Assembly (NCBI GenBank): GCA_965368975.1
Contig: CBDUPA010000012.1
Coordinates: 64,001-128,000, forward strand
Length of the DNA stretch: 64,000 nucleotides
Reading direction: 5' to 3'
From: an uncultured bacterium
GTDB taxonomy: Bacteria; Acidobacteriota; Thermoanaerobaculia; Multivoradales; JAHZIX01
Position numbers and translations under genes: made by a program. The stretch's first letter is position 1. Every line of letters starts with the position of its first letter. Below the pieces are notes generated by a model. It was not told the DNA's origin. It saw only the letters and a list, made by a program, of their open reading frames with translations, and ran no database searches. Shown here one piece after another: positions 43,164-51,959 of this stretch.

Positions 43164-44441
43164 ATGACGGCATCCCATCCGGAACCGCTGCCGCTGACCT
43201 TGATTGCCGAGTATCTTGACGGATCCGCCGACGCCAACTCATTCTGGGACGATTGGGTGTCGGTTCTGCTGGAGAACCCGCGGTTCGCGGCCAGTTTCCA
43301 CCGCCTCTTGGGGCTGAGCGAAGAGTTCAGCTTGCCGCAGCTGAGCCGGGTCGCCTACGAGGGCCCGGAGGCACGCGAGCTATTGCAGCGTCTGCGCTGC
43401 TTGCCGCCAGCGAGGCAGTGGCGCGAGGCACGCAATGCCAGTTGGGTGGTCAATTGGTGTTTGGTGCGCCTCTTGCTGCGAGAGAATCTCCGCATCACTC
43501 CGCAGGACGTGCACGAGGGCGGCCGCCTGGCGCGTTTGGCCCTGATGCTGGTGCGACGCTTGCCGGCTGCAGTCTACGGCACTGAGCGCTTGGCCGAACT
43601 GAGGGCACTGGCCTGGGCCAATCTGGCCAATGTCTATCGCGTGCGCGGTGATCTCAAGCAGGCCGACGCTCTCATGCAGCGTGCACTGCGTCGCCTCGGA
43701 GGAGAGCCGCTGCAAGAGCCCGGTCTGCGAGCGGATCTGCACCTGATTCAGGGTTCCATGCTCTACGATCAGCGGCAACTCGGTGCCGCCCGGATGGCCT
43801 TCGAGCAAGGCTTGAATCTCTGTCAGCACCCGCTTCGGCAAGAAACGGCCGCTATGCTTCAGATGCGGCTGGCCGCTCTGGACTACGAGGTGGCACACCT
43901 AGACAGTGCAATTGAGAGGACCGAGGCGGCCCTACGACTCATCGGCAAGTCTGGGGCTACGCGGCTCTTTGTGCAAGCGAGCTTCAATCTTGCGGATCTG
44001 TTTGCCCGAGCGGGCCGCTTCGACGAGGCGATGGCGCAGCTGTCTCAGCATCGGCAAGCCCTGCAAGTCTATGGGACGCCGAGTGATCAGTGCCGCGCCA
44101 ACTGGTGCGAGGGGATCATCCACCAGGGGCTTGGCGAATTTGGCGCGGCAGTGAAATGCTACGCGCGCGCAAAAAAAGCTTTCCTTTCTCTGGATTTGTG
44201 GTACGATGCAGCCATTGTCACGCTGGAGTTGGCTAGCTTACTGCTCGAACACGGCAAAACAGCTGAAGTCAAGCAACTAGCGCTCGACACGCACAAGCTC
44301 TTTGAAATCCAGGACGTCGACCGCGAAGCTCTTGCAGCGCTAGAGCTCTTCCGCGAGGCAGCGACGCAGGAAGCCTTGTCGATCGAGATGCTGCAACGCA
44401 TCGAAGCCGACTTCCGGCAAGCCTGCCGTGTCTCCGCTTAG
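43164..44441 (+). CDS. TPR-repeat protein
   Basis: AGGAGG RBS then ATG 43164; repeated TPR-like helices (ANLANVYRVRGDLKQAD, NLADLFARAGRFDEAM, GIIHQGLGEFGAAVKCY). Confidence 0.85.
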   Translation: MTASHPEPLPLTLIAEYLDGSADANSFWDDWVSVLLENPRFAASFHRLLGLSEEFSLPQLSRVAYEGPEARELLQRLRCLPPARQWREARNASWVVNWCLVRLLLRENLRITPQDVHEGGRLARLALMLVRRLPAAVYGTERLAELRALAWANLANVYRVRGDLKQADALMQRALRRLGGEPLQEPGLRADLHLIQGSMLYDQRQLGAARMAFEQGLNLCQHPLRQETAAMLQMRLAALDYEVAHLDSAIERTEAALRLIGKSGATRLFVQASFNLADLFARAGRFDEAMAQLSQHRQALQVYGTPSDQCRANWCEGIIHQGLGEFGAAVKCYARAKKAFLSLDLWYDAAIVTLELASLLLEHGKTAEVKQLALDTHKLFEIQDVDREALAALELFREAATQEALSIEMLQRIEADFRQACRVSA

Positions 44442-44567
44442 GCCTTGCGCCTGGGCGTTGGAGATCGCCGCGACATTTCTGGATATCTACACTTGGTGCA
44501 CCAGCCTGGCGACCATCAGTAGCCTGATGGCCATCCTTCTGGTAGCTGGAACCTAAGAAATCGAGTT

Positions 44568-44650
44568 GGCCGGTGTAGGCGAACGGTCGGAGTTAAACCA
44601 GACTTCCGCCAAGTTTCCCGTTCGTCTACACCGGCCTTTAGTTTTTGGGG
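44568..44650 (+). terminator. Long hairpin between convergent genes, with T-rich tail
   Basis: GGCCGGTGTAGGCGAACGG ... CCGTTCGTCTACACCGGCC (19-bp stem with one G-U pair), then TTTAGTTTTT. Confidence 0.55.
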
Positions 44651-44702
44651 CCTCGAGTTCTTAGGGCCCTCGGCTATTGAGCCCTTCAGTTCTGGGGAGA
44701 GC

Positions 44703-45278
44703 CTAGCGGAAGCAGGGGCGCTCCGGCCACGGGACGCGTTGCGGTAGATCTTGCGGTTCGGGAGTGGCCTGCAACTGACCCTGCAGAGCTGCCTCGACGG
44801 TCACACCGTCCGGCGCCAGCGGGTGATCCGGCAGCAGCTCGGCCAGGGGAAGCAGGGCGAACAGGCGTTGCTGGAGCCGTGGATGCGGCAGGGTGAGTTC
44901 CGGGCGCTGCAGGTGGGTGCTGCCGTAGAGCAGCAGATCGATGTCGAGAAGGCGCGCTGCGTTGCGCTGGCGCCGACGCCGGCCGGCGGCCAGCTCCAGC
45001 GCCTGGGTGACGGCCAGGACGGCCGTGGCCGGCAGTCGACAGTCGCCGGTCAGCACGGCGTTGAGGTAGGGAGGCTGGGTTGCAGTCAGGGGCTGGGCTG
45101 TGTCCGTGGACTCGGACTGGGGCAGCCACAGGGGGCTACGATAGAGGCCGGAGAGACGGGCGTGGCGCAGGCGCAGGCGATGCTGCAGAACGCGGGCAGC
45201 CTGCGCCAGGGTCGTTGCGACGTTGCCCAGGTTGGCACCCAGGCCCAGGGCCAGGACGACGGCCGGGGAATCAGTCGT
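44703..45278 (-). CDS. folK: 2-amino-4-hydroxy-6-hydroxymethyldihydropteridine diphosphokinase (start codon non-canonical or uncertain)
   Basis: LALGLGANLG, SGLYRS, QPPYLNAV, ARLLDIDLLLYG, LTLPHPRL..RLFALLPLAEL. Confidence 0.88.
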   Translation of the reverse strand, partial: TTDSPAVVLALGLGANLGNVATTLAQAARVLQHRLRLRHARLSGLYRSPLWLPQSESTDTAQPLTATQPPYLNAVLTGDCRLPATAVLAVTQALELAAGRRRRQRNAARLLDIDLLLYGSTHLQRPELTLPHPRLQQRLFALLPLAELLPDHPLAPDGVTVEAALQGQLQATPEPQDLPQRVPWPERPCFR

Positions 45279-45609
45279 CGTCGTCCTCGTCGTCGCTGTC
45301 GTCGTCGTCGCTCAGGTCGGCACCTTCGAGTTCGCTCTCGAGGTCGTCATCCTCGAGATCGTCGTCGTCCTCGTCGTCATCTTTGGCGCCGTCCTCGAGC
45401 AGGTCCGAGTTGTCCTTCTTCGGCGCCTTCTCTTTCTCGGTCTTGACGGCGACGGGCGGTGGCGGTGCCGCGGCAGGCTTGCTCTTGCCGCTCGCCGGCG
45501 CTACCGGGGTGGCGCACTTGGGACAGGCGGGTTGCGGTCGGCCCAGGTCGTAAAACTTGGTGCTGCACTCACTGCAGGTGTGCTTGGTGCCCAGCTTGTT
45601 TTCAGCCAT
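45271..45609 (-). CDS. FYDLN-acid (TIGR02300-like) zinc-ribbon protein
   Basis: LGTKHTCSECSTKFYDLGR..CPKC followed by an Asp/Glu-rich tail. Confidence 0.9.
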   Translation of the reverse strand: MAENKLGTKHTCSECSTKFYDLGRPQPACPKCATPVAPASGKSKPAAAPPPPVAVKTEKEKAPKKDNSDLLEDGAKDDDEDDDDLEDDDLESELEGADLSDDDDSDDEDDDD

Positions 45610-45781
45610 GATGAAAATCAGCCCCGTAGATCGGTTCAGCCGTTGGATTCGTCCCACATGGGAATCTGTCGACGTGCCGCGAAGAGCGCTTGCCCCCGGC
45701 GCGGCGGGAAGATACCATGCCGCAGGTCCGCGCTGGGACCAGTTCGGCTGGAAGCAGCGCTTCTTATACCCCAAGATGCGA

Positions 45782-46591
45782 ATGTCGACAACGATTTCTA
45801 CTGCAAGTTCCCTGACGTCGTGGCTGGCCAATGTCGCCCGCTACGGGGCGATCGCGCTGCTGGCGCTGCTTCTGGCAGCTTCGCTGCTGGCGCCTGCGTT
45901 GATCGCTCAGGCGTCCGATGTACCCGATCCTTCCGAGCCCGGGCTGAGCGCTGACGAGCAACTGCGCCGGCTGCTGGCTCGTGTTCAGTACGAGCAGCGC
46001 AACACGCGCACGCTGCACGCCGACTTCCGGCTGCTGCAGCAGAGTGAGCTGCTGCTCGAGCCGCAAGAGTCGTCCGGCGAGCTGTTCTACCGTGCACCGG
46101 ACGAGGTGCGCTGGGAGTACAGTTCCCCTGAACCGATGACGGTGGTCATTCGCGAGGATCGTATGCTCACCTGGTACCGCGATCTGCATCGAGCCGAGCG
46201 GGCGCAGGTGGGCAGTTATTCCGAGCGGGTGATGAAGTATCTCAACGCTGCCAACTCCTTGGACGCGTTGCTCGAATACTTCGACGCCCGGGTCAGCTTC
46301 GCGCAGCTCGACCAGCCCTACCAGGTCAAGCTGGAGGCCAACAGCCCGCGCGTGGCGCGGCGTCTGAGTGGCATGACGCTGTGGATCGACCGCGAGCTGT
46401 ACCGGCCGGTGAAGATCATCGTCGAATCGGCGGACGGCGACGTGACGGAGTTCCAGTTCGAGAACTTCCGGGTCAACGGTGAGTTGCCCGAGGGCGTGTT
46501 CGACGTCGAGCTACCACCGGACGTCGAAGTGCGCGACGTCGAGCTGGGTAGTTCCAGCTCTGGAGCCGCCGCGAGCGGCGGTCACTTCTGA
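45782..46591 (+). CDS. lolA: Outer-membrane lipoprotein carrier LolA family
   Basis: Signal peptide; LHADFR..SGELFYRAPDEVRWEY..P; LWID; F.N..VN..LP..VF. Confidence 0.8.
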   Translation: MSTTISTASSLTSWLANVARYGAIALLALLLAASLLAPALIAQASDVPDPSEPGLSADEQLRRLLARVQYEQRNTRTLHADFRLLQQSELLLEPQESSGELFYRAPDEVRWEYSSPEPMTVVIREDRMLTWYRDLHRAERAQVGSYSERVMKYLNAANSLDALLEYFDARVSFAQLDQPYQVKLEANSPRVARRLSGMTLWIDRELYRPVKIIVESADGDVTEFQFENFRVNGELPEGVFDVELPPDVEVRDVELGSSSSGAAASGGHF

Positions 46592-46619
46592 GCCCTGGCC
46601 GCGAGCGGGGGGAGCTGCG

Positions 46620-48272
46620 ATGAGCGACGACCAGTTCAAGTGGCCGGTCTCGGACACGCCGCCTCCCAGGAGCATGCCGACGGGGAGCCGGCCGCCGGGT
46701 GGTTTCGACTTCCCGTCGCGCCGCGGCTTCCTGGGCCGACCGGGGGGCCGCTACCGTGCTGGCGTTTTCGCCTGTGGTGGCGGCGGGCTCGGCCCGATCC
46801 GTTTCGATCTCCTGCCGCCGGAGGAGGACGTCAAGGAGCCGCCGGAGTTCGCCACCTTCATCGGCCAGCGCTTCATGGGCATTCCGGTGGAGTGGGAGCA
46901 GACGCATCTGCCGACCCACATGCGCGAGCCACCGCGCGAGCTCGAGGAGAGCCCGAGTGCGGTTGCCGTGCGCGAAGGACGGCTGGAGCGGCGCGGTCGT
47001 CTGGGCCGCCTGGTGACGCCGCACGGTGCCATCTTCACGCCCGCCTTCATGCCGGTGGGCACGCTCGGTGCGGTCAAAGGCTTGCCGTCCTGGGAGCTCG
47101 AAGCCCTGGGCGCCAACGTCATGCTGAGCAACTTCTACCACCTGGCGGTGCGGCCCGGTCTCGAGCAGATCATCGCTGCCGGTGGTGTGCACGACTTCAC
47201 CGGCTGGCGTGGCCCGATTCTCACCGACAGCGGCGGCTACCAGATCTGGAGCCTGCCGGATCTGCGCAAGATCGACGACGACGGCGTCAGCTTCCGCAAC
47301 CATGTTGACGGCTCGCCGATGCGCCTGACGCCCGAGTCGGTGGTCGACGGCCAGTACTGGATCGGCGTCGACATCGCCATGGTGCTGGACGAATGCCCGC
47401 CGGCCGGCGGTAGCTACGAGGAAGTAGCGGCGTCCTGGAAGCGCACGCTGGCGTGGGCCGGCCGGGCGCGCGACGCCTGGGCGCGCCACGACGCCGAGGC
47501 CGGGCTGTTCGGCATCGTCCAGGGCGGTGTCTACGATGACCTGCGTCGGCGCGCGGCACGCGATCTCGAAGACCTCGACTTCGACGGCTACGCCATCGGT
47601 GGTGTCAGCGTCGGTGAGCCGGAGGCCGACCGCCGCCGCGTCGTCGAGGTGACGGCACCCGAGTTGCCCTTCGACAAACCGCGCTACCTGATGGGGGTCG
47701 GCTATCCGCTCGACATCGGTCACGCCGTGCTGCACGGTGTCGACCTGTTCGACTGCGTGCTGCCGTCGCGCAATGCTCGCCATGGCTTGCTGTTCCAGCG
47801 CGGCGGGGGTGTCGTCAAGATCAAGAACTCCCGCTACCAGCATGCCCACGGCCCGATCGACGCCGCCTGCGCCTGCCCGGTGTGCCAGCAACACACGCTG
47901 GCCTTCGTGCACCATCTCTTCCGCTGTGGCGACATCACAGGCCAGGTCTTGGCGACGGTGCACAATGTCTACCATTACCTTGACTTTATGTCGGAGCTTC
48001 GGCAAGCTATCGCGACCGGTGTGCTGGTGGAAACCATCGCCGACTGGTGTGGTGTCGATCCGGCTGAGCTGAACGTCAGCGAAGAAGAAGCCGAACTCGC
48101 CCGCCAGGGTGTGGCGCTTCGGGAGCGGGAACGCGAACGGTTCGAAGAAGAATCGATTCGCCCGACTGCCGAGGAGTGGGCCGCGTCGAAACGGTTGGCG
48201 ACACAAGCGGCGCAATACGCCGACGCCACAACCGCTCCGGCGCCCGCTCACAAGCCGAAGAGAAGGTCGTAG
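46620..48272 (+). CDS. tgt: tRNA-guanine transglycosylase with N- and C-terminal extensions
   Basis: TPAFMPVGT, LTDSGGYQ, GIVQGG, YAIGGVSVGE, PRYLMGVG, DCVLPSRNARHG, CACPVC..HN zinc site. Confidence 0.95.
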   Translation: MSDDQFKWPVSDTPPPRSMPTGSRPPGGFDFPSRRGFLGRPGGRYRAGVFACGGGGLGPIRFDLLPPEEDVKEPPEFATFIGQRFMGIPVEWEQTHLPTHMREPPRELEESPSAVAVREGRLERRGRLGRLVTPHGAIFTPAFMPVGTLGAVKGLPSWELEALGANVMLSNFYHLAVRPGLEQIIAAGGVHDFTGWRGPILTDSGGYQIWSLPDLRKIDDDGVSFRNHVDGSPMRLTPESVVDGQYWIGVDIAMVLDECPPAGGSYEEVAASWKRTLAWAGRARDAWARHDAEAGLFGIVQGGVYDDLRRRAARDLEDLDFDGYAIGGVSVGEPEADRRRVVEVTAPELPFDKPRYLMGVGYPLDIGHAVLHGVDLFDCVLPSRNARHGLLFQRGGGVVKIKNSRYQHAHGPIDAACACPVCQQHTLAFVHHLFRCGDITGQVLATVHNVYHYLDFMSELRQAIATGVLVETIADWCGVDPAELNVSEEEAELARQGVALRERERERFEEESIRPTAEEWAASKRLATQAAQYADATTAPAPAHKPKRRS

Positions 48273-48471
48273 CCAAGATCTCGTGACGAGCTTCGTGACG
48301 GAGCGCGCTACGACAAGCCACAGACTGCCCTCCGCCGGCAACGTCCGCCGCTAGGAGCGAAACAACCCCCGAGTCAGAAGAATCCGCGAGCCGAGCGGTC
48401 ACGGTCCGTTTCGGGACCGTCGGAGAAGCGTCGCCTCGGTGCCCGCGGGGCAAAGTTTTCAGGAGCACAAC

Positions 48472-48873
48472 ATGTCGATTTCATGGCTGCCCACGTGGAT
48501 TGGGCCGCTCGCCACGGATGCTTTGGCTGGTCCTTTCAGCACGTTGGAAGGGCTGGGTAGGTTCTTGGCGCAGGCCGGCGGAGCGGGTGCAAGCGCGTTC
48601 GGTCAGCTGGCGCCGATCATCATCATCGTCGTCATCTTCTACATCATCGTCTTCCTGCCGCTGCGCAAGCAGCGCAAGCAGCACGCCACGATGTTGGAAG
48701 AACTACAGAAGGGCGACAAGGTGGTGACCAACGGCGGCCTTTACGCCGAAATCGTGTCGGTGGACGCGGACACCGTGATCGTCAAGGTGGCCGACAACGT
48801 CAAGCTCCGCATGATGAAGTCCGCGGTGGCGGGCAAGCAGGGTGAGGAACTCACCGGGAGCACGCAACAATGA
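48472..48873 (+). CDS. yajC: Preprotein translocase subunit YajC
   Basis: Single TM helix, then LQKGDKVVTNGGL; located between tgt and secD. Confidence 0.93.
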   Translation: MSISWLPTWIGPLATDALAGPFSTLEGLGRFLAQAGGAGASAFGQLAPIIIIVVIFYIIVFLPLRKQRKQHATMLEELQKGDKVVTNGGLYAEIVSVDADTVIVKVADNVKLRMMKSAVAGKQGEELTGSTQQ

Positions 48874-50453
48874 ACAACAGTCTAGTGATTCGCGCCCTGG
48901 TGATCTTGGGCGTCTTGGTGTGGGCGGCGTTCTCCGCTTACCCGCCGCAGGAGAGCATCAACCTCGGCCTCGACCTGCGCGGCGGCATGCACTTGGTGCT
49001 GGAGGTCGAGACCAACGACGCTCTGCGCGCCGAGACCGACCAGGACATGGACACGATGCGGGGCCAGCTGGCCGAAGAGGGCATCACCGGTGTGGTGCTC
49101 GAACGCAGTGCCCCGGCGGCCGACGGTAGCGTCTTCGCTTTCACCCTCAGCGGTGTGCCCGCTGGCGAGGACGACACGGTCGATCAGATCCACACGGATT
49201 ACCTCGGCGACGATTGGGACATGAGCCGCAGCGGTGACACCTACCGCTTCAGCCTGACCGAGAGTGCCAAGCGCGACCTGCGCAGCCGCACCGTCGACCA
49301 GGCGCGGCGCACCATCGAGCGGCGTGTCGACGCGTACGGCGTCGCCGAGCCGGCGATCCAGCGTCAAGGTTTCGGCGACAGCGAGCGGCTGGTCGTCCAG
49401 CTCCCCGGTGTCGACGACCCGGAGCGCGTCAAGGACCTGATTCAGGACACCGCTTTCCTCGAGTTCCGCCTGCTCGATGAGCGCACTCCCAACGGCGCCG
49501 GCACGCGCGAGCAACTGCTGTCTCAGTTCGGCGGTACCCTGCCGGCCGACGTCGAGATCTTCCCCAGCGTGCTGGGACCCGAAGAGAGCGGCGAGCAGTT
49601 CTACGCCGTACAGGCCTCCAGCGTGCTCACCGGTCGCGACCTGCGCAACGCGTCGGTAGGAGCCGGCGAGTTCAACGAGCCGGTGGTGAACTTCCGTCTC
49701 AGCTACGAGAAGGGCACCCAGTTCGGCGAGATGACCTCGTCCAACATCGGTCGCCGCATGGCCATCATCCTCGACGGCCAGGTGCTGTCGGCGCCCTCGA
49801 TCAACGGTCGCATCAATGATCGCGGCATGATCGAAGGTGGCTTCGACCAGGCCGAGGCGCTCGACCTGTCGCTGGCCCTCAAGTCCGGTGCGCTGCCCGC
49901 CGGCATCACCACCCTGGAAGAGCGCACCGTTGGCCCGTCGCTGGGCCAGGACTCGATCGACCAGGGCCTCGAGGCTGGCCTCTACGGCGCCGGCTTGGTG
50001 GTGGTGCTGATGTTGGTCGTCTACCTGCTGTCGGGCATGAACGCCATCTTCGTGCTGGCGATGAACGTGGTGCTGGTGTTCGGCGCTCTGGCATCGCTCG
50101 GCGCCACGCTGACGCTGCCCGGTATCGCCGGCATCATCCTGACCATCGGCATGGCGGTCGACGCCAACGTGCTGATCTTCGAGCGCATCCGCGAAGAGCT
50201 GCGGATCAAGCCGGTGAAGGCGGCGGTCAAGGCCGGCTTCGAGAAGGCTTTCTCGTCGATCCTGGACGCCAACGTCACCACCCTGATCGCGGCGATCTTC
50301 CTGTTCCAGTTTGGCACCGGCCCGATCCGCGGCTTCGCCGTCACGCTCAGCGTCGGCATCTTCGCTTCGGTGTTCACCGCGGTCTTCGTGAGCCGCTTCC
50401 TCTTTGACCTGTGGCTCTCCCGCTCGACGGCGGTGGAATCGATCTCGATTTGA
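48870..50453 (+). CDS. secD: Protein translocase subunit SecD
   Basis: LGLDLRGG, GVAEP, VQLPG, LKSGALP, VGPSLG, GMAVDANVLIFERIREE. Confidence 0.97.
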   Translation: MNNSLVIRALVILGVLVWAAFSAYPPQESINLGLDLRGGMHLVLEVETNDALRAETDQDMDTMRGQLAEEGITGVVLERSAPAADGSVFAFTLSGVPAGEDDTVDQIHTDYLGDDWDMSRSGDTYRFSLTESAKRDLRSRTVDQARRTIERRVDAYGVAEPAIQRQGFGDSERLVVQLPGVDDPERVKDLIQDTAFLEFRLLDERTPNGAGTREQLLSQFGGTLPADVEIFPSVLGPEESGEQFYAVQASSVLTGRDLRNASVGAGEFNEPVVNFRLSYEKGTQFGEMTSSNIGRRMAIILDGQVLSAPSINGRINDRGMIEGGFDQAEALDLSLALKSGALPAGITTLEERTVGPSLGQDSIDQGLEAGLYGAGLVVVLMLVVYLLSGMNAIFVLAMNVVLVFGALASLGATLTLPGIAGIILTIGMAVDANVLIFERIREELRIKPVKAAVKAGFEKAFSSILDANVTTLIAAIFLFQFGTGPIRGFAVTLSVGIFASVFTAVFVSRFLFDLWLSRSTAVESISI

Positions 50454-50470
50454 CGGAGGCGTAGCCTGAT

Positions 50471-51655
50471 ATGCGATTTCTCACCGATCCGAAAATCGAC
50501 TTCATGGGCATGCGAAAGGGCTTCATTGTCCTTTCCGTCGTGCTGGTGTTGTCGTCCCTGTCCTACCTTGTCTACGCCTACAGCAACGACGAGCTGAACG
50601 TCGGCATTGACTTTGCCGGCGGTACGCAGATCACCCTGCAATTCGGGGACACGCCCGATATCGATCAACTGCGCACGATCCTCAACGACGCCGGCATCGC
50701 CAAGCCGCAGATCCAGCGCTTCGGCCTCGCTGAGCGCAACGAGCTGTTGATTCGCACCGCCACCGTCGAAGGCAGTGAAGAAGGCGCTTCCGACGCCCTC
50801 TTCGCCGCGCTCGACGGCGCTTACAACCCCGGTTCCGGCGCCGGTGACGACCTCAACCGCATGGGCCCCGATGCCGTTGCCCGCCTGCTCACCGCGTCCA
50901 ACCCGCTCGGGCTGGATCTCATCCCCGGTGCTGTACCCGATGAGTACCGGCAGATCGGTGAAGCCGTCATCGCGCAGCGTCGCGACGTCGGCCTACTGGC
51001 CAGTTGGGACGACCTGGCGAACATCGACGGCATGAGTCCCGAGAAGCTGACGGCCCTGCAGGACTCCACGCACCTGGGTGCCTTCTCGCTGCTCAGCGTC
51101 GAGAACGTCGGTCCGCAGATCGGCAGCGAGCTGAAGTCCAAGGGTATCTGGGCGGTCGTCTTCTCGCTCGTCGGCATGCTGGCCTACATCGCCTTCCGTT
51201 TCCAGCTGCGCTTCGGTATCGGCGCCGTGGTCGCCATCTTCCACGACGTCCTGATCACGCTCGGCATCTATGCCTTCCTCGGCTTCGAGTTCAACCTCAC
51301 CCTGATCGCCGCCTTCCTGACGCTGGTCGGGTACTCGGTGAACGATACGGTGGTGGTTTTCGACCGTGTGCGTGAGAACATGCAACGCTTGCGCCGGGAG
51401 CCGTTGGTCGAGACGCTCAACAAGTCGCTCAACCAGACCCTCAGCCGTACGGTGATGACGTCCATGACCACCTTCCTGGTCGTGCTGACGCTCTTCGTCT
51501 TCGGTGGCCAGGTGATCCGCGGCTTCGCCTTCGTGCTCACCGCCGGTGTCGTGGTCGGCACTTACTCCTCCGTCTTCGTCGCCTCGCCGGTGGTGCTGGC
51601 GTGGGAAGCCCGCTTCAGCAAGGAAGCACGGACGCGGCGTAGAGAAAGCAAGTAG
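50471..51655 (+). CDS. secF: Protein translocase subunit SecF (periplasmic HhH-like insert)
   Basis: GIDFAGG, VGPQIG, HDV, GYSVNDTVVVFDRVREN, GTYSS. Confidence 0.96.
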   Translation: MRFLTDPKIDFMGMRKGFIVLSVVLVLSSLSYLVYAYSNDELNVGIDFAGGTQITLQFGDTPDIDQLRTILNDAGIAKPQIQRFGLAERNELLIRTATVEGSEEGASDALFAALDGAYNPGSGAGDDLNRMGPDAVARLLTASNPLGLDLIPGAVPDEYRQIGEAVIAQRRDVGLLASWDDLANIDGMSPEKLTALQDSTHLGAFSLLSVENVGPQIGSELKSKGIWAVVFSLVGMLAYIAFRFQLRFGIGAVVAIFHDVLITLGIYAFLGFEFNLTLIAAFLTLVGYSVNDTVVVFDRVRENMQRLRREPLVETLNKSLNQTLSRTVMTSMTTFLVVLTLFVFGGQVIRGFAFVLTAGVVVGTYSSVFVASPVVLAWEARFSKEARTRRRESK

Positions 51656-51721
51656 GACGTACGTCGTTCCGTCCGAAATCCGGGTAGGGGCCGCCCTGCC
51701 GCGTCGCCACATCCCTGGATG

Positions 51722-51756
51722 CATCAACCCCCGCCTCTTGGCGGGGGTTGGTGTTT
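51722..51756 (+). terminator. Putative intrinsic terminator after secF
   Basis: CATCAACCCCCGCC-TCTT-GGCGGGGGTTGGTG followed by TTT. Confidence 0.55.
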
Positions 51757-51922
51757 GCGGGCAAATTCCGTCGCTGTACCGGGATTCCCGGCAGGCAAGA
51801 AATGCGCGCCGCGCCGTGCCAGGATTGGCGCAAAAAGTTCCTCTGTCGTAGGACAAGCCCGGGATCACTTGTGCTCCGAGGCACGGCCGGCCGCCGTCGC
51901 CAAATCACAGAGTAAAAAGGGC

Positions 51923-51951
51923 TTGCGTCGATCCAGGGCGTGTTCTAGAAT
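51923..51951 (+). promoter_or_regulatory. Sigma70-like promoter, probably leaderless transcript
   Basis: TTGCGT-N17-TAGAAT with the ATG 8 nt downstream and no RBS. Confidence 0.55.
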
Positions 51952-51959
51952 TGGAACTA

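Noticed and set aside
40049-44700. Integrative element or prophage at dusA
   Set aside because: The region looks accessory, but no integrase, phage genes or att direct repeats were recognised.
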